From an uncultured Chlamydiae bacterium (GTDB lineage Bacteria > Chlamydiota > Chlamydiia > Chlamydiales > SM23-39), in assembly GCA_963828125.1 (NCBI GenBank), contig CAWHDP010000002.1, positions 512,001-576,000 on the forward strand: a stretch of DNA of 64,000 nucleotides, given 5' to 3'. Below the pieces are notes generated by a model, which worked only from the letters and a program-made list of their open reading frames with translations, made no database searches and was not told where the DNA came from. Positions 23,260 to 41,552 of the stretch are shown here, one piece after another. The number at the start of each line of letters is the position of its first letter. The stretch's first letter is position 1. A program made the position numbers and the translations under genes.

Positions 23260-24822
23260 ATGGAAGAGACCCTTGACGAGGCCGTCCAGAAGCGGCGCAC
23301 ATTTGCCATTATCAGCCACCCTGACGCAGGGAAGACGACCTTGACTGAAAAGCTCCTCCTGTATTCAGGGGCCATCCAGACAGCCGGGATGGTGAAGGGG
23401 CGGAAAGGGAGGAGGGCAGCCACCTCCGACTGGATGGCGATGGAGCAGGAGAGGGGCATTTCGATCACCTCATCGGCCATGCAATTTTCGTATAAAGGCG
23501 TCGTGATCAACGTCCTCGATACGCCAGGCCACGAAGACTTTTCTGAAGACACCTACCGGACGTTGACCGCCGCCGATTGCGCGATCATGGTGATCGACGC
23601 CTCAAAAGGGGTGGAGAAGCAGACGCGCAAGCTGTTTGAAGTGTGCCATCTTCGGAAGATCCCCGTTCTCACGTTCATGAACAAGATGGATATGCCCGGC
23701 AGAGAACCCCTCGATTTAATGAACGAGGTCGAAAACGTACTGCAGATCGAATCGTACGCCTATAATTGGCCCATCGGGATGGGGAAAGAATTCCGGGGCG
23801 TCGTCGATCGGCAAGCGAAGGAGTGCATTTTTTTCGCTAAGACGTCGATCGGCGGCGCCCAGAAAGCCGATTTAATCCGTAAACCCCTGAAAGAGGCAGG
23901 ATCTGAAATTCTCGAAGAGTTGGAGCTGATTGATCTAGCTGGAAACGCCTTTGACAGAGATCGGTTCCTCAAAGGGGAAGTGACCCCCGTCTTTTTTGCT
24001 TCGGCCCTCACAAACTTCGGCGTAGAACCCTTTTTCGACGCCTTCATCCACCTCGCCCCCTGTCCCCATGCCCGCCTCGCCGACCGTCCAGACGGAACCG
24101 AGGTAGAGATCGACCCGATCAAAACCCCCTTTAGCGGTTATGTGTTCAAGCTCCAAGCTAACATGGATCGGCGCCACCGCGATAACATGGCCTTCATCCG
24201 GATCTGTTCAGGGAGATTTGAGAGGGATCTCACAGTCAAACACCACCGGCTCAATCGGGAAATCCGACTCTCAAGGCCTCATGGAATGGTTGCAGGCGAG
24301 AGGACCACCCTCGACTACGCCTATCCAGGCGATGTGATTGGCGTCATCAATCCCGGCCTTTTTGCGATCGGCGACACCCTTTCAGTCACCGGTGGCTTCA
24401 ATTTCAAACCCCTGCCCCAATTCCAGCCCGAAATCTTCGCCAAGCTCTATCCGAAAGACGTCGGCAAGCGAAAATCATTCGATAAAGGGGTTCTTCAACT
24501 TACCGACGAAGGGGCCATTCAACTGCTCCACTCCTACGAGAGAGAAGGAGACCTCATTTTTGCCGCTGTCGGAAAACTTCAATTCGAGGTGATGCAATAT
24601 CGACTCAAAGACGAATATGGGGTCGAAACCATCCTCACCCCCCTCCCCTACCAGTGCAGCGCCTGGATCATCGGCGACATGTCCAAATTTGAAAAGACCA
24701 CCACTTGCCTGCTCGCTCAAGACCGGCAAAATCGGCCCATGGCCCTCTTCACCACACAATGGGAAAAGCAATATTGCATGAAGCAAAACCCTCAACACCA
24801 ATTCGTCGACGTGCTTGTATAA
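23260..24822 (+). CDS. prfC: Peptide chain release factor 3
   Basis: RRTFAIISHPDAGKTTLTEKLL, ERGISI, DTPGHEDFSEDTYR, NKMD, VGKLQFEV. Confidence 0.97.
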   Translation: MEETLDEAVQKRRTFAIISHPDAGKTTLTEKLLLYSGAIQTAGMVKGRKGRRAATSDWMAMEQERGISITSSAMQFSYKGVVINVLDTPGHEDFSEDTYRTLTAADCAIMVIDASKGVEKQTRKLFEVCHLRKIPVLTFMNKMDMPGREPLDLMNEVENVLQIESYAYNWPIGMGKEFRGVVDRQAKECIFFAKTSIGGAQKADLIRKPLKEAGSEILEELELIDLAGNAFDRDRFLKGEVTPVFFASALTNFGVEPFFDAFIHLAPCPHARLADRPDGTEVEIDPIKTPFSGYVFKLQANMDRRHRDNMAFIRICSGRFERDLTVKHHRLNREIRLSRPHGMVAGERTTLDYAYPGDVIGVINPGLFAIGDTLSVTGGFNFKPLPQFQPEIFAKLYPKDVGKRKSFDKGVLQLTDEGAIQLLHSYEREGDLIFAAVGKLQFEVMQYRLKDEYGVETILTPLPYQCSAWIIGDMSKFEKTTTCLLAQDRQNRPMALFTTQWEKQYCMKQNPQHQFVDVLV

Positions 24823-25025
24823 TGACTTTGATCCCAGTATAATAGGACTCTTCGCTATTAGCGACGAGCGATTGGCGAAAGATGGCGTGACAGATTGAGC
24901 AGATTTTCCGCGGATGTGTGAGAAATGCGGGCTAACGGCAGTGTTTTTTTTAAATATTCTTACATTTTCCGACGAAGCTGGTTTTCGCGAGCTCCCGCTT
25001 CCAGCGGGAGCTGCTGAATGTCCAG

Positions 25026-25198
25026 CTAAGCTATGGACGTAAAAAACCAAATCAGATACCATCTCCCCTCCTAAATCCTTTTAGGGAAGAGTGTTGGACT
25101 TACCAGCCCTCATGCACCACAACAATGCCCCCGTTGTAAAACTAAGACGGGATTCATTACGAGGATATAAAATGACTCCTATACGACCAACTAGTCCG
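25026..25198 (+). repeat. Duplicated leader, copy 1 (copy 2 at 26087-26272)
   Basis: Shares long near-identical blocks such as ATCAGATACCATCTCCCCTCCTAAATC and TGTAAAACTAAGACGGGATT with copy 2. Confidence 0.92.
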
Positions 25199-25978
25199 GT
25201 GAAACACCCAGAAACTGTGGAAACTGTGGAAACTGTGGAACAGAAAACATCAAGCCATCCATCCCCTCAGTTATTAACACAATGCGATCCGTTCCAGGGG
25301 GGTGCGCAGAAGACCAAAAGAGTTTTGGCTATCGGTACATACAATGATCAAGATACTGACAAGATGCAAGACCTCTTTACACTCATCCATTCTATGATCG
25401 CGATACGGGATCGGAAGCAGGCTGAGTTAGACGCTATTCAAAGGCAATTGGCGAGTTTGGACAGCTCATCTCTGTCAGCAATTCAAACACAACAACGCGA
25501 GTTGTCTGCATGCCAGGACCGATTAACGTCACTAACTGTTCAGAAGCAAAAGATAGAGATGGAGGCACAAGAGGCTACAAAGACGCTTCACGAACTGGAA
25601 AATAGCGCGCAGCTGAATCCCCCCACAAATGGTCAGGAGCGGGACACAATAGAAAGGGCTATATTAACAGCAAGACAGAAAAAAAGTCGAACAGAGAACG
25701 AAGTCAATGCAAGAAAGTCACAATTGGCGAAAGAAGAGGAAAATGTGCGCATGGCACAGAACCAGTTGCATTATCTAACAAGCCAGACCAACAAGCAGAG
25801 AAAGCCTCTTGTTCAGGCAAAAAAAGCCGCGGCCAAGGCTATCCAAACAAATGAGAGGTTGATTAAAGAGGCCATCAAGCTGCGGGTCGCTGATACATGC
25901 AACAATGATGCAACTGTTTTGCAGGGGCTGTTAGACTTTTTCTTGCCACCCAAGAACGTAAAAGGCGCTCAGGAATAG
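25172..25978 (+). CDS. Coiled-coil protein, paralog 1 of a tandem pair; putative secreted effector
   Basis: GAGGA RBS; MTPIRPTSP start shared with the paralog; Q/E/K-rich heptads; 9-bp repeat x3 encoding ETV. Confidence 0.85.
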   Translation: MTPIRPTSPVKHPETVETVETVEQKTSSHPSPQLLTQCDPFQGGAQKTKRVLAIGTYNDQDTDKMQDLFTLIHSMIAIRDRKQAELDAIQRQLASLDSSSLSAIQTQQRELSACQDRLTSLTVQKQKIEMEAQEATKTLHELENSAQLNPPTNGQERDTIERAILTARQKKSRTENEVNARKSQLAKEEENVRMAQNQLHYLTSQTNKQRKPLVQAKKAAAKAIQTNERLIKEAIKLRVADTCNNDATVLQGLLDFFLPPKNVKGAQE

Positions 25979-26086
25979 CCAATTCATTTTTCCAGGCATT
26001 TATAAATATTATACCACCATCGGCCGATAGCTTGGAATTTGCACTCAGGACTTTGGCGTGAGTTCCAGTTCCAAGTTATTGGCCGA

Positions 26087-26272
26087 CTAAGCTGTGGACA
26101 TAAAAAACCACATCAGATACCATCTCCCCTCCTAAATCTCTTTTGGAGAGGAGTATTTGTATGCTGCGACCACTTACCAGCTCTCATGCGCCACAACAAT
26201 GCCCCCATTGTAAAACTAAGACGGGATTAGTTACGAGGACATAAAATGACTCCTATACGATCAACTAGTCCG
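26087..26272 (+). repeat. Duplicated leader, copy 2
   Basis: Aligns to 25026-25198 with a short internal insertion. Confidence 0.92.
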
Positions 26273-26971
26273 TTGAGCAACCTACCACCTACAGAACCTG
26301 TGGAACTGCAAGCACAAAGCCATCCATCTACCGATTCATCAATAACAGATCATCCGTCCAATGAGCTTGTGCTGATAGTCATATGGTTTGAGACGATCTG
26401 TAAACAACATCACTGCAATATAGCAGAGTTAGAACCATTCTCAGCCTCAATCATGCCTCTGATCGAGACGTGCAATCAGTTCCACTGTGATTCATGCACT
26501 ATTCAACGTGATTTGACGAGTTTTGACAGCACATTTGAGTTAGCAAATAAAAAAACACAACAAGTGTTAGATGAATACCAGAAGGAATTACAGTCACTCA
26601 CTGTTCAGAAGGAAAGAGCAGAGACGGAGGAACGAAACGCCTCTGAGGCGCTTCGCATATTGAGAACGGGCCCAGGGACAAAAACCAAAACGGATAAAGT
26701 CAATCAAATAAAAGAGATATTTGCGGTGCAAAAACAAAAAATGACCCGTGTAAAGCAGGAGTGGAATGATCTAAAAAACACGGCCAATCAGCAGAGACAG
26801 TCCATGGTTAAGAAACAAAAGAAAACGGCCGAGGCTATCGAACAAGCTGAGCAGTCGATTCAAGAGGCCGTCCAGAGGCTGGTCGTTACTAAGTTCCACA
26901 ATGATCCAGGGATATACGAGAAGCTGTTAAATTTTTGCTTTCAGAAAGCACGAAGCGGCGTTGCGCAATAG
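26246..26971 (+). CDS. Coiled-coil protein, paralog 2 of a tandem pair; putative secreted effector
   Basis: MTPIRSTSP start; SLTVQK and IQRxLxSxDS shared with paralog 1; same 3' trailer. Confidence 0.85.
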   Translation: MTPIRSTSPLSNLPPTEPVELQAQSHPSTDSSITDHPSNELVLIVIWFETICKQHHCNIAELEPFSASIMPLIETCNQFHCDSCTIQRDLTSFDSTFELANKKTQQVLDEYQKELQSLTVQKERAETEERNASEALRILRTGPGTKTKTDKVNQIKEIFAVQKQKMTRVKQEWNDLKNTANQQRQSMVKKQKKTAEAIEQAEQSIQEAVQRLVVTKFHNDPGIYEKLLNFCFQKARSGVAQ

Positions 26972-27050
26972 CCAATTCATTTTTCCGGGAATTTATATGT
27001 TATACCACCATCGGCCGATCGCTTTTTCAAACCGCCAAAGCAGATCTGAT

Positions 27051-27082
27051 CAAAAATCCCCGGAGGGGTCTCCGGGGATTTG
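27051..27082 (-). terminator. Intrinsic terminator after rpoC, possibly bidirectional
   Basis: AAATCCCCGGAG-GGGT-CTCCGGGGATTT hairpin between convergent genes. Confidence 0.8.
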
Positions 27083-27088
27083 TAAATA

Positions 27089-31270
<4,182 letters not shown>

Positions 31271-31350
31271 CTAAATCATCCTCTTAAATTAATTTACCGC
31301 CGAACCCGCAGAAGTTTCGCTTCTCTCCGCGTCCAATGGTTAAAATTTCT

Positions 31351-35109
<3,759 letters not shown>

Positions 35110-35139
35110 GGGCTTCGCTCCTGAAGAATTTGTCAAAAT

Positions 35140-35180
35140 AAAAATAAATCAGAGGGGGGCATAAAAACCCCCGCACTGAC
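35140..35180 (-). terminator. Possible terminator/attenuator between rplL and rpoB
   Basis: Minus strand TCAGTGCGGGGG-TTTTTATG-CCCCCCTCTGA followed by a T-rich tract. Confidence 0.45.
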
Positions 35181-35218
35181 ATCATAGCGTGATTGCACTC
35201 TTTTAGCTGCAACTTTTT

Positions 35219-35605
35219 TTATAGGCCTGTCAATTTGACCTTTCCACCAGCTGTCTGGATCTTCTTCTGAATCTCTTCAGCCTCTGCTTTCGGAGCAGAA
35301 GGTTTCAAATCTTTCGGCGCCCCTTCGACGAGATCTTTGGCTTCTTTCAGACCTAGGCCTGTCACTTCGCGCACCGCTTTAATGACAGAAATCTTTTTAT
35401 CATCGGGTATTGGGCCTTCGAGAGTGACTTTGAAGTCAGTCGAATCGGAAGCAGCGGCGGCAGCTGGAGCCGCTCCGCCTGCGGCAGCGGCGGTTGCAAC
35501 AGCGGCTTTTACGCCCCATTTTGTTTCGAGTTTTTCTTTCAGTTTAGCCATATCGAGCACGGACAACTGGCTCAATTTTTCAACGAGATCGTCTAAATGT
35601 TGCAT
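35219..35605 (-). CDS. rplL: 50S ribosomal protein L7/L12
   Basis: Ala-rich hinge; KISVIKAVREVTGLGLKEAKDLVEGAP. Confidence 0.98.
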   Translation of the reverse strand: MQHLDDLVEKLSQLSVLDMAKLKEKLETKWGVKAAVATAAAAGGAAPAAAAASDSTDFKVTLEGPIPDDKKISVIKAVREVTGLGLKEAKDLVEGAPKDLKPSAPKAEAEEIQKKIQTAGGKVKLTGL

Positions 35606-35626
35606 GGATTCAATTCTCCTAAATCT

Positions 35627-36139
35627 TTAACTTTCACTTTTTTGTTCAATGACGGAGAGCGGCCCGGCAAGCGCTGCTTCCATAACAGAAAGCATGTGCG
35701 ACATCGGCGAGATAAATAGCCCCAGCAGCATCGCTCTCATTTCGTCTATTCCTGGCAGCTTGGAGAGCATTTCTACTTCCGCGCCAGGCATTATTTTTCC
35801 ATCAATATGGCCGCAAATCACTTGAATCAGGTTCCCATTCTCCTCAGAGAATTTGAACACCGCTTTCGCAGAGACCATCGGATCATTCTGAGCGACAAAC
35901 ACGACGCCTACATGGCCTTTCAGCAGGGATTCGTCAAGTTTGACGCCCGACTGTTCGGCCGCCTTGACAAACACCCTCTTCTTGACCACTTCCAATGTGC
36001 TTCCCGCTGCGCCAAGAAGGGTCCTGAATTGCCAAGAGGCATTGGGCGCCAGCTTATCGTAGCTCATCACAATCATCGCACTTGAACCATCGATCTTCTT
36101 CTTTATTTCGTCCAAAAGGAGCGGTTTTTCTTTTCTCAT
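35627..36139 (-). CDS. rplJ: 50S ribosomal protein L10
   Basis: Position between rplA and rplL; LSKLPG...AMLLGL C-terminal pattern. Confidence 0.93.
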   Translation of the reverse strand: MRKEKPLLLDEIKKKIDGSSAMIVMSYDKLAPNASWQFRTLLGAAGSTLEVVKKRVFVKAAEQSGVKLDESLLKGHVGVVFVAQNDPMVSAKAVFKFSEENGNLIQVICGHIDGKIMPGAEVEMLSKLPGIDEMRAMLLGLFISPMSHMLSVMEAALAGPLSVIEQKSES

Positions 36140-36149
36140 GGGAATCTCC

Positions 36150-36848
36150 TTATGCCAATGTGATGGATTGCAGATCGATCTTCAAACCAGGGCCCATCGT
36201 CGTGGAGAGATACATACCCCTGAAAAAGGCGCCCTTTGCGCTAGCAGGCTTCGACCTTGCAATCGCGTTCAACAAAACCGTTAAGTTCTCAACCAAATTC
36301 GCCGTATGGAAAGAGATCTTGCCAACCGCATTGTTGACATTGCCGGTTTTATCGACTTTGAACTCGATCTTACCTGCCTTAACCTCTTTCACCGCTTTGG
36401 CGACCTCATTCGTTACAGTGCCCGCTTTTGGCGTCGGCATGAGTCCTCGGGGGCCCAACACTTTACCGAGTTTTCCGAGTTCGCGCATCATGTCGGGCGT
36501 TGAGATCAACGCGCTGAAATCAGTCCAGCCCCCTTTAATTTTTTCGAGGAGCTCGTCTGCTCCGGCATAATCGGCGCCAGCCTCAAGAGCCTCCTTCGCC
36601 TTATCGCCTTTAGCGATGACGACCAGAACCACTTTCTGCCCTGTTCCGTGCGGCAAGGAGACGGTTCCCCTGACTTGCTGATCCGACTTTTTCGGATCGA
36701 CGCCGATTTTAAGGGCCAAGTTGACCGACTGATCAAACTTGGGCGCTGGGCATTTTTTCAGCAGTTCGACCGCTTCATCGAGTTTATAAGACCTGTTGCG
36801 ATCGAGCAGCTTCTCGACCTCTTGCATTCTCTTGGATCTTTTTACCAT
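36150..36848 (-). CDS. rplA: 50S ribosomal protein L1
   Basis: [38 protein letters not shown]. Confidence 0.98.
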   Translation of the reverse strand: MVKRSKRMQEVEKLLDRNRSYKLDEAVELLKKCPAPKFDQSVNLALKIGVDPKKSDQQVRGTVSLPHGTGQKVVLVVIAKGDKAKEALEAGADYAGADELLEKIKGGWTDFSALISTPDMMRELGKLGKVLGPRGLMPTPKAGTVTNEVAKAVKEVKAGKIEFKVDKTGNVNNAVGKISFHTANLVENLTVLLNAIARSKPASAKGAFFRGMYLSTTMGPGLKIDLQSITLA

Positions 36849-36849
36849 A

Positions 36850-37284
36850 TCAAGCCTCCACCTCGACGCCCATCGAGCGGGCGGTCCCTTCCACCATCCT
36901 TCTGGCGCTCTTCATGGGATCTTTGAGATCGACCCGCATATCTTCGCTTTTCGCTTGGGCGATTTTTTCGACCTGCTCTTTGGTCATTTTGCCCACTTTG
37001 TCGCGGTTAGGCACTTTTGAACCCGACTCAATACCCAACTCCTTGAGGATCATTCTAGATACAGGGGGTTTCCGGGTGATGAACGAGAACGACTTATCCG
37101 CAAAGACACTGATCACAACGGGGAGTATGTCGCCCCCCTGATCTTGCGTTTTCGCATTGAATTCCTTACAAAAAGCCATGATATTGATACCGGCAGAACC
37201 GAGGGCTGGGCCGATCGGAGGCGCTGGATTGGCTTTTCCTGCAGGAATTTGCAGTTTAATTGTTTTGAGTAACTTTTTTGCCAT
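36850..37284 (-). CDS. rplK: 50S ribosomal protein L11
   Basis: [29 protein letters not shown]; start ATG 37284. Confidence 0.98.
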   Translation of the reverse strand: MAKKLLKTIKLQIPAGKANPAPPIGPALGSAGINIMAFCKEFNAKTQDQGGDILPVVISVFADKSFSFITRKPPVSRMILKELGIESGSKVPNRDKVGKMTKEQVEKIAQAKSEDMRVDLKDPMKSARRMVEGTARSMGVEVEA

Positions 37285-37335
37285 TGATTTTCCTTTTTTG
37301 AGTCCTATCAAAAGGGTTTAACCCCTCTCTCCTCA

Positions 37336-37881
37336 TTATCCCGCGTTCTCAGCGGTAGATTGTTCCACCTGCCAGAACTCGAGATCGTCGACCCGCGTCT
37401 CCCGGCCAAAAATCGAGACCATCACGCTAAGCCGCCCTTTTTCGTGGTTCACTTCGGTCACCGTGCCGACGAAGTTAATAAACACCCCATCGGTGATCTT
37501 GACCCGGTCGCCCACATCGACCTTGTGTTTTTGTACAATGCCTTTTTGTCGATCTTCGAGCTCTTTCATGATATCGCCCACCTCTTTCTCGGTCAAAGGA
37601 GTCGGTTTTTCACCGCCCAAGAAATCGATGACGCCAGGGGTGTCTTTCACATAGGCCCAAGACTCGTCGTGCAAATTCATTTTCACCAGCAAATAGCCTG
37701 GCCACATCCGCTTTTCGCTGATTTTTTGCTGACCCCGTTTCACCTCGGATACATTTTCAGTGGGAATCAAAATTTCGACAATGTCATCCGCCATCCCTTT
37801 TGCTTGAAGAAATTCCTCGATCGCCTTCTTCACCTTTTTCTCGTGACTCGACATCACCTGAACGACATACCATTTATGCAT
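37336..37881 (-). CDS. nusG: Transcription factor NusG
   Basis: WYVVQV, PGYLLV, KOW motif GDRVKITDG, SIFGRET. Confidence 0.98.
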   Translation of the reverse strand: MHKWYVVQVMSSHEKKVKKAIEEFLQAKGMADDIVEILIPTENVSEVKRGQQKISEKRMWPGYLLVKMNLHDESWAYVKDTPGVIDFLGGEKPTPLTEKEVGDIMKELEDRQKGIVQKHKVDVGDRVKITDGVFINFVGTVTEVNHEKGRLSVMVSIFGRETRVDDLEFWQVEQSTAENAG

Positions 37882-37887
37882 ACATTT

Positions 37888-38115
37888 TCACCCAAAAATC
37901 ATCCGAATAAAATGGGCAGCGCCATCCATAACGCCCCGAATTCCTAAATCGACCGCGTAGATCGTCAAACCGAAAAAAAATGTGGCCAAAATGACGGCCT
38001 TCGTGCAGAAAAGGAGCTCCTCCTTCGAAGTCCAAGTGACCTTCTTCAGCTCATTTTGCACCTCTCTCAAAAAAGAGACCTTCTTTTTCTCTCCAGCGAT
38101 TGTCGACATACCCAC
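37888..38115 (-). CDS. secE: Preprotein translocase SecE
   Basis: ELKKVTW motif plus one TM helix, between tRNA-Trp and nusG. Confidence 0.93.
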   Translation of the reverse strand: MGMSTIAGEKKKVSFLREVQNELKKVTWTSKEELLFCTKAVILATFFFGLTIYAVDLGIRGVMDGAAHFIRMIFG

Positions 38116-38141
38116 CCCCTTTTCTCATTTTTGGCGCGATT

Positions 38142-38214
38142 CGAGTGCGGAGGGATTCGAACCCCCGACCGGCGACTTTGGAGATCGCTGCTCTACCAGC
38201 TGAGCTACACACCC
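38142..38214 (-). tRNA. tRNA-Trp(CCA)
   Basis: Acceptor GGGTGTG/CGCACTC; anticodon arm GCGAT-CT-CCA-AA-GTCGC; canonical position before secE. Confidence 0.96.
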
Positions 38215-38248
38215 ACATGGGGGTTCCTTTCAGGAACCTCCATTCTGA

Positions 38249-39433
38249 TTATTTCAGGATTTTAGAGACCGTTCCGGCGCCGATCGTTCGGCCGCCCTCG
38301 CGAATCGCAAAGCGCATCCCTTCTTCCATAGCAATCGGATGGATCAGATCGGCCTTAAATTCCACATTATCGCCTGGCATCACCATCTCAGTCCCTGCAG
38401 GCAGCTCGACTGTTCCCGTCACATCCGTTGTTCGGAAGTAAAACTGAGGCCGGTACCCGGAGAAGAACGGCTTATGTCGGCCCCCTTCATCTTTCGTGAG
38501 GACGTATACGGCCCCCTTGAATTCGCTGTGCGGAGTGCATGTGCCAGGAGAGACAAGAACCATCCCCCGTTCGACGTCGTTTTTCTCGATGCCTCTCAAA
38601 AGAACGCCTACGTTTTCACCCGCAAAAGCCTCATCAAGGCTCTTTTGGAACATCTCCAGACCCGTCACTACCGTATCGCGCGTTTCGCGGATACCGACGA
38701 TTTGGATTTTATCGTTGACTTTGATCTTACCGCGCTCGATCCGGCCGGTCACCACTGTACCTCTGCCAGAAATAGAGAACACGTCCTCAATCGGCATCAA
38801 GAACGGCTTATCGATTTCGCGCACTGGAGTCGGGATCTTCTCGTCGACCGTATCCATCAACTTGACGATAGCCTGAACATATTGAGGATCCCCTTCGAGA
38901 GCCTTCAAGGCGGAACCGCGGATGATCGGGACATTTTTGTACCCTTTCGCTTCGAGCAATTCAGTCAGTTCCATCTCGACGAGTTCAACAAGTTCTTCGT
39001 CGCCCTTGCCGATCATGTCCATCTTATTAAGAAAGACAACAATCGCAGGAACACCCACTTGGTGAGCCAGCAGGATGTGCTCTTTTGTCTGAGGCATAGG
39101 CCCATCCGTTGCAGCGACGACGAGGATCGCTCCGTCCATCTGAGCCGCGCCTGTGATCATGTTCTTCACATAGTCGGCGTGACCGGGGCAGTCGACGTGC
39201 GCATAGTGGCGCTTATCCGTTTGATATTCAACGTGAGAGGCGTTGATCGTAATTCCACGCGCCTTTTCTTCAGGCGTATTATCGATCGAGCTGTAATCGC
39301 GGTATTTCGCTTGCCCCTTTTCAGCCAAAACCTTCGTAATGGCAGCCGTCAGCGTCGTCTTACCGTGGTCGACGTGCCCGATTGTACCGATGTTAACGTG
39401 CGGTTTCTCTCTTTTGTAGTTTTCTTTGGCCAT
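38249..39433 (-). CDS. tuf: Elongation factor Tu
   Basis: [38 protein letters not shown]. Confidence 0.99.
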   Translation of the reverse strand: MAKENYKREKPHVNIGTIGHVDHGKTTLTAAITKVLAEKGQAKYRDYSSIDNTPEEKARGITINASHVEYQTDKRHYAHVDCPGHADYVKNMITGAAQMDGAILVVAATDGPMPQTKEHILLAHQVGVPAIVVFLNKMDMIGKGDEELVELVEMELTELLEAKGYKNVPIIRGSALKALEGDPQYVQAIVKLMDTVDEKIPTPVREIDKPFLMPIEDVFSISGRGTVVTGRIERGKIKVNDKIQIVGIRETRDTVVTGLEMFQKSLDEAFAGENVGVLLRGIEKNDVERGMVLVSPGTCTPHSEFKGAVYVLTKDEGGRHKPFFSGYRPQFYFRTTDVTGTVELPAGTEMVMPGDNVEFKADLIHPIAMEEGMRFAIREGGRTIGAGTVSKILK

Positions 39434-39474
39434 TTTAAAACATCCTCCGTTCGGCTCTAGAATTCATTTTTTTA

Positions 39475-39546
39475 TGCCCAAGATAGGAATCGAACCTACG
39501 ACCACATGCTTACCATGCATGTGCTCTACCACTGAGCTACCTGGGC
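39475..39546 (-). tRNA. tRNA-Thr(GGT)
   Basis: Acceptor GCCCAGG/CTTGGGC; anticodon arm CATGC-AT-GGT-AA-GCATG; upstream of tuf. Confidence 0.96.
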
Positions 39547-39645
39547 GCTCTTTTTCAGCGCTCTTTGCAACAGGTTTCAAAAGCTTGCAAGCATAAAGCA
39601 CTTGCAGCAATTAAATCAAACCTTTTCCAACCCGCAACTTTAAAT

Positions 39646-39864
39646 TTATTTTTGGCGATACACGATACGCGCCTTAGTCAGGTCATATGGAGACATCTCC
39701 ACAGTCACCGCATCTCCAGCGTACACACGGATATTGCGCATGCGCATCTTCCCACTTAAATGGGCGATGACGTGCATCCCGTTCTCCAGTACTACGCTAA
39801 AGTTCATATTCGGCAAAAGCTCTTCAACCTTGCCTTCCATCTTGATCGTTTCTTCTTTCGACAT
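39646..39864 (-). CDS. infA: Translation initiation factor IF-1
   Basis: [27 protein letters not shown]; start ATG 39864. Confidence 0.98.
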   Translation of the reverse strand: MSKEETIKMEGKVEELLPNMNFSVVLENGMHVIAHLSGKMRMRNIRVYAGDAVTVEMSPYDLTKARIVYRQK

Positions 39865-39959
39865 ACCGCATTTTGGCTTGGAAATGCTTCTTATGAAACT
39901 CGATGCAACCATTAAAGTCAATGACTATTAATCATTTTCCCGATAAAATCGGTCTCGCC

Positions 39960-40376
39960 ATGGCTGATTCATTCGAAAAAAAATGTGATGAAGTGAAAAA
40001 AATTTTCAGTATGCTCAGCGCTGAAGAGCGGTATAAAACGTTGATCGAGATGGGGAGAAAATTACCCCGCTATCCCGATGAACTGAAAACGGCAGACCGG
40101 CTTGTCCGAGGCTGTCAGAGCATTTTATACTTAAGCGCCAAGGCGGCGAGCGGCAAAATGTTTTTTGAAGCGGCTGGGGATGCTCTCATCTCGGTAGGGC
40201 TCGCCGCCCTCTTGATCCATTTGTATTCGGGAGAACCCCCCGAAACAATTCTCACTAAGCCCCCGGCCTGCATCGAAGAGCTCCAAATCGCGGCCAGCCT
40301 CTCCCCTCATCGCTCCAATGGGTTGTCCAATATTCATTTAAAAATGAAACAAGAAGCTTTGAAAGTATTGATTTAA
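39960..40376 (+). CDS. sufE: SufE family cysteine desulfuration protein
   Basis: VRGCQS catalytic Cys motif; DALI..GL; LSPHRSNG. Confidence 0.9.
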   Translation: MADSFEKKCDEVKKIFSMLSAEERYKTLIEMGRKLPRYPDELKTADRLVRGCQSILYLSAKAASGKMFFEAAGDALISVGLAALLIHLYSGEPPETILTKPPACIEELQIAASLSPHRSNGLSNIHLKMKQEALKVLI

Positions 40377-40596
40377 TATTACATTAGCAATCAATAAAGA
40401 ACTTTGGACGGCGTATATTTCCAAACAAACACCGTCACCGGAACTGTGGGAATAGGTAGGCAGCGGTCCCTACTCAAAGAGCCAGATGCTGTTAGCAAGC
40501 GGCAGGAGGAGAGCTGAAAGCCTAGTCTTTCAATTTTTTTAGGTGCTTTCTTTATCCATTTTTGGTATAACCTTGAGCAAACAGCCAGGATTGTCC

Positions 40597-41550
40597 ATGA
40601 GTCTGCAAGTTGGGGGCAGCGTTTCTCTCACACATTTTTTGACCGATCTTCATCAGGGCGGGAGTACCCCCTCCCAAATCTTAAAAAAAAATGTTACCTC
40701 GATCGAGAGAAAGGCATTTGTTTTTAATGCGCTTGAAAAAATTTGTTATGTGGCTTTGCTAGCGATCATGGCGGCCATTTTTGCTGTCTCCTACACTACG
40801 GCTGTCCTGACGCCGGGTCTCACACTCGTCATGGCGGGCATGGCCCTATCGACGCCGCTCATCATGCTGAGTCTTCATCCGATTGTGAAAAGAGCTCAAC
40901 AATGGTCTAGGCTCGCTCACACAGAGCGTCAGGTCTATCTTCAGCTCAAACAAATTGAACGGTGGGACTCTTCTCAGGTCGAGAGTTTCCTGAAAGAACA
41001 ACATGTCGATCTGAAGAGGATCCCCCTCGATCATTTAAGGAGGCTGAATCCTCAGGCCCCCCTTTGCGCGCTGCTTCCTCTCATCGCCCGATTCAACTAC
41101 TATAGCGGGCGGTTTCGCGAAATTGAGGCCGGTGTGCAAAAAGCCCTTCCTGCACAAGAGGCTCACTTCGCTAAACGGGAGACAGAGGAGGGAAAACCGG
41201 CTGATCCTAGAGAGAAACAAAAAATCAGATTTGAATCTTGGCGAACGGCTAGGAACCAATTGGAGCTAAACGGCGCCCCCTCGTTCCTCTATGCCGAGGT
41301 GATGCGGCGGTTGCTACAGACCCCCTCGAATCGAGAACTCGATATTCAACCGGAGGCTTACCAAATCCGGACGGTGGGTCTGTTAGCGCCGATGGAGCCT
41401 GCGGCCAGAGCGTTTCACCGAACGTATTCTATCCCAAATGATGATTACCTCCTGTTTTTTGACGGGAGGCCGTCGCTCTCATTGTCTGATATCGAGCGGA
41501 ATGCAGGCTCCCCTCACAAATTGCAACCGGTTCTATTTCCAGAAAAATAG
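40597..41550 (+). CDS. Hypothetical protein with a bilobed hydrophobic segment (Inc-like candidate)
   Basis: ~45-aa hydrophobic stretch ICYVALL...LIMLSL interrupted by TPG, followed by a soluble helical region. Confidence 0.75.
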   Translation: MSLQVGGSVSLTHFLTDLHQGGSTPSQILKKNVTSIERKAFVFNALEKICYVALLAIMAAIFAVSYTTAVLTPGLTLVMAGMALSTPLIMLSLHPIVKRAQQWSRLAHTERQVYLQLKQIERWDSSQVESFLKEQHVDLKRIPLDHLRRLNPQAPLCALLPLIARFNYYSGRFREIEAGVQKALPAQEAHFAKRETEEGKPADPREKQKIRFESWRTARNQLELNGAPSFLYAEVMRRLLQTPSNRELDIQPEAYQIRTVGLLAPMEPAARAFHRTYSIPNDDYLLFFDGRPSLSLSDIERNAGSPHKLQPVLFPEK

Positions 41551-41552
41551 AC

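Noticed and set aside
24475..25062. 195-aa minus-strand ORF as a full gene
   Set aside because: Over half is antisense to prfC; only its first ~15 codons have independent support (reported as a finding).
38339..39460. 373-aa plus-strand ORF
   Set aside because: Antisense to tuf; such shadows are common opposite highly biased genes.
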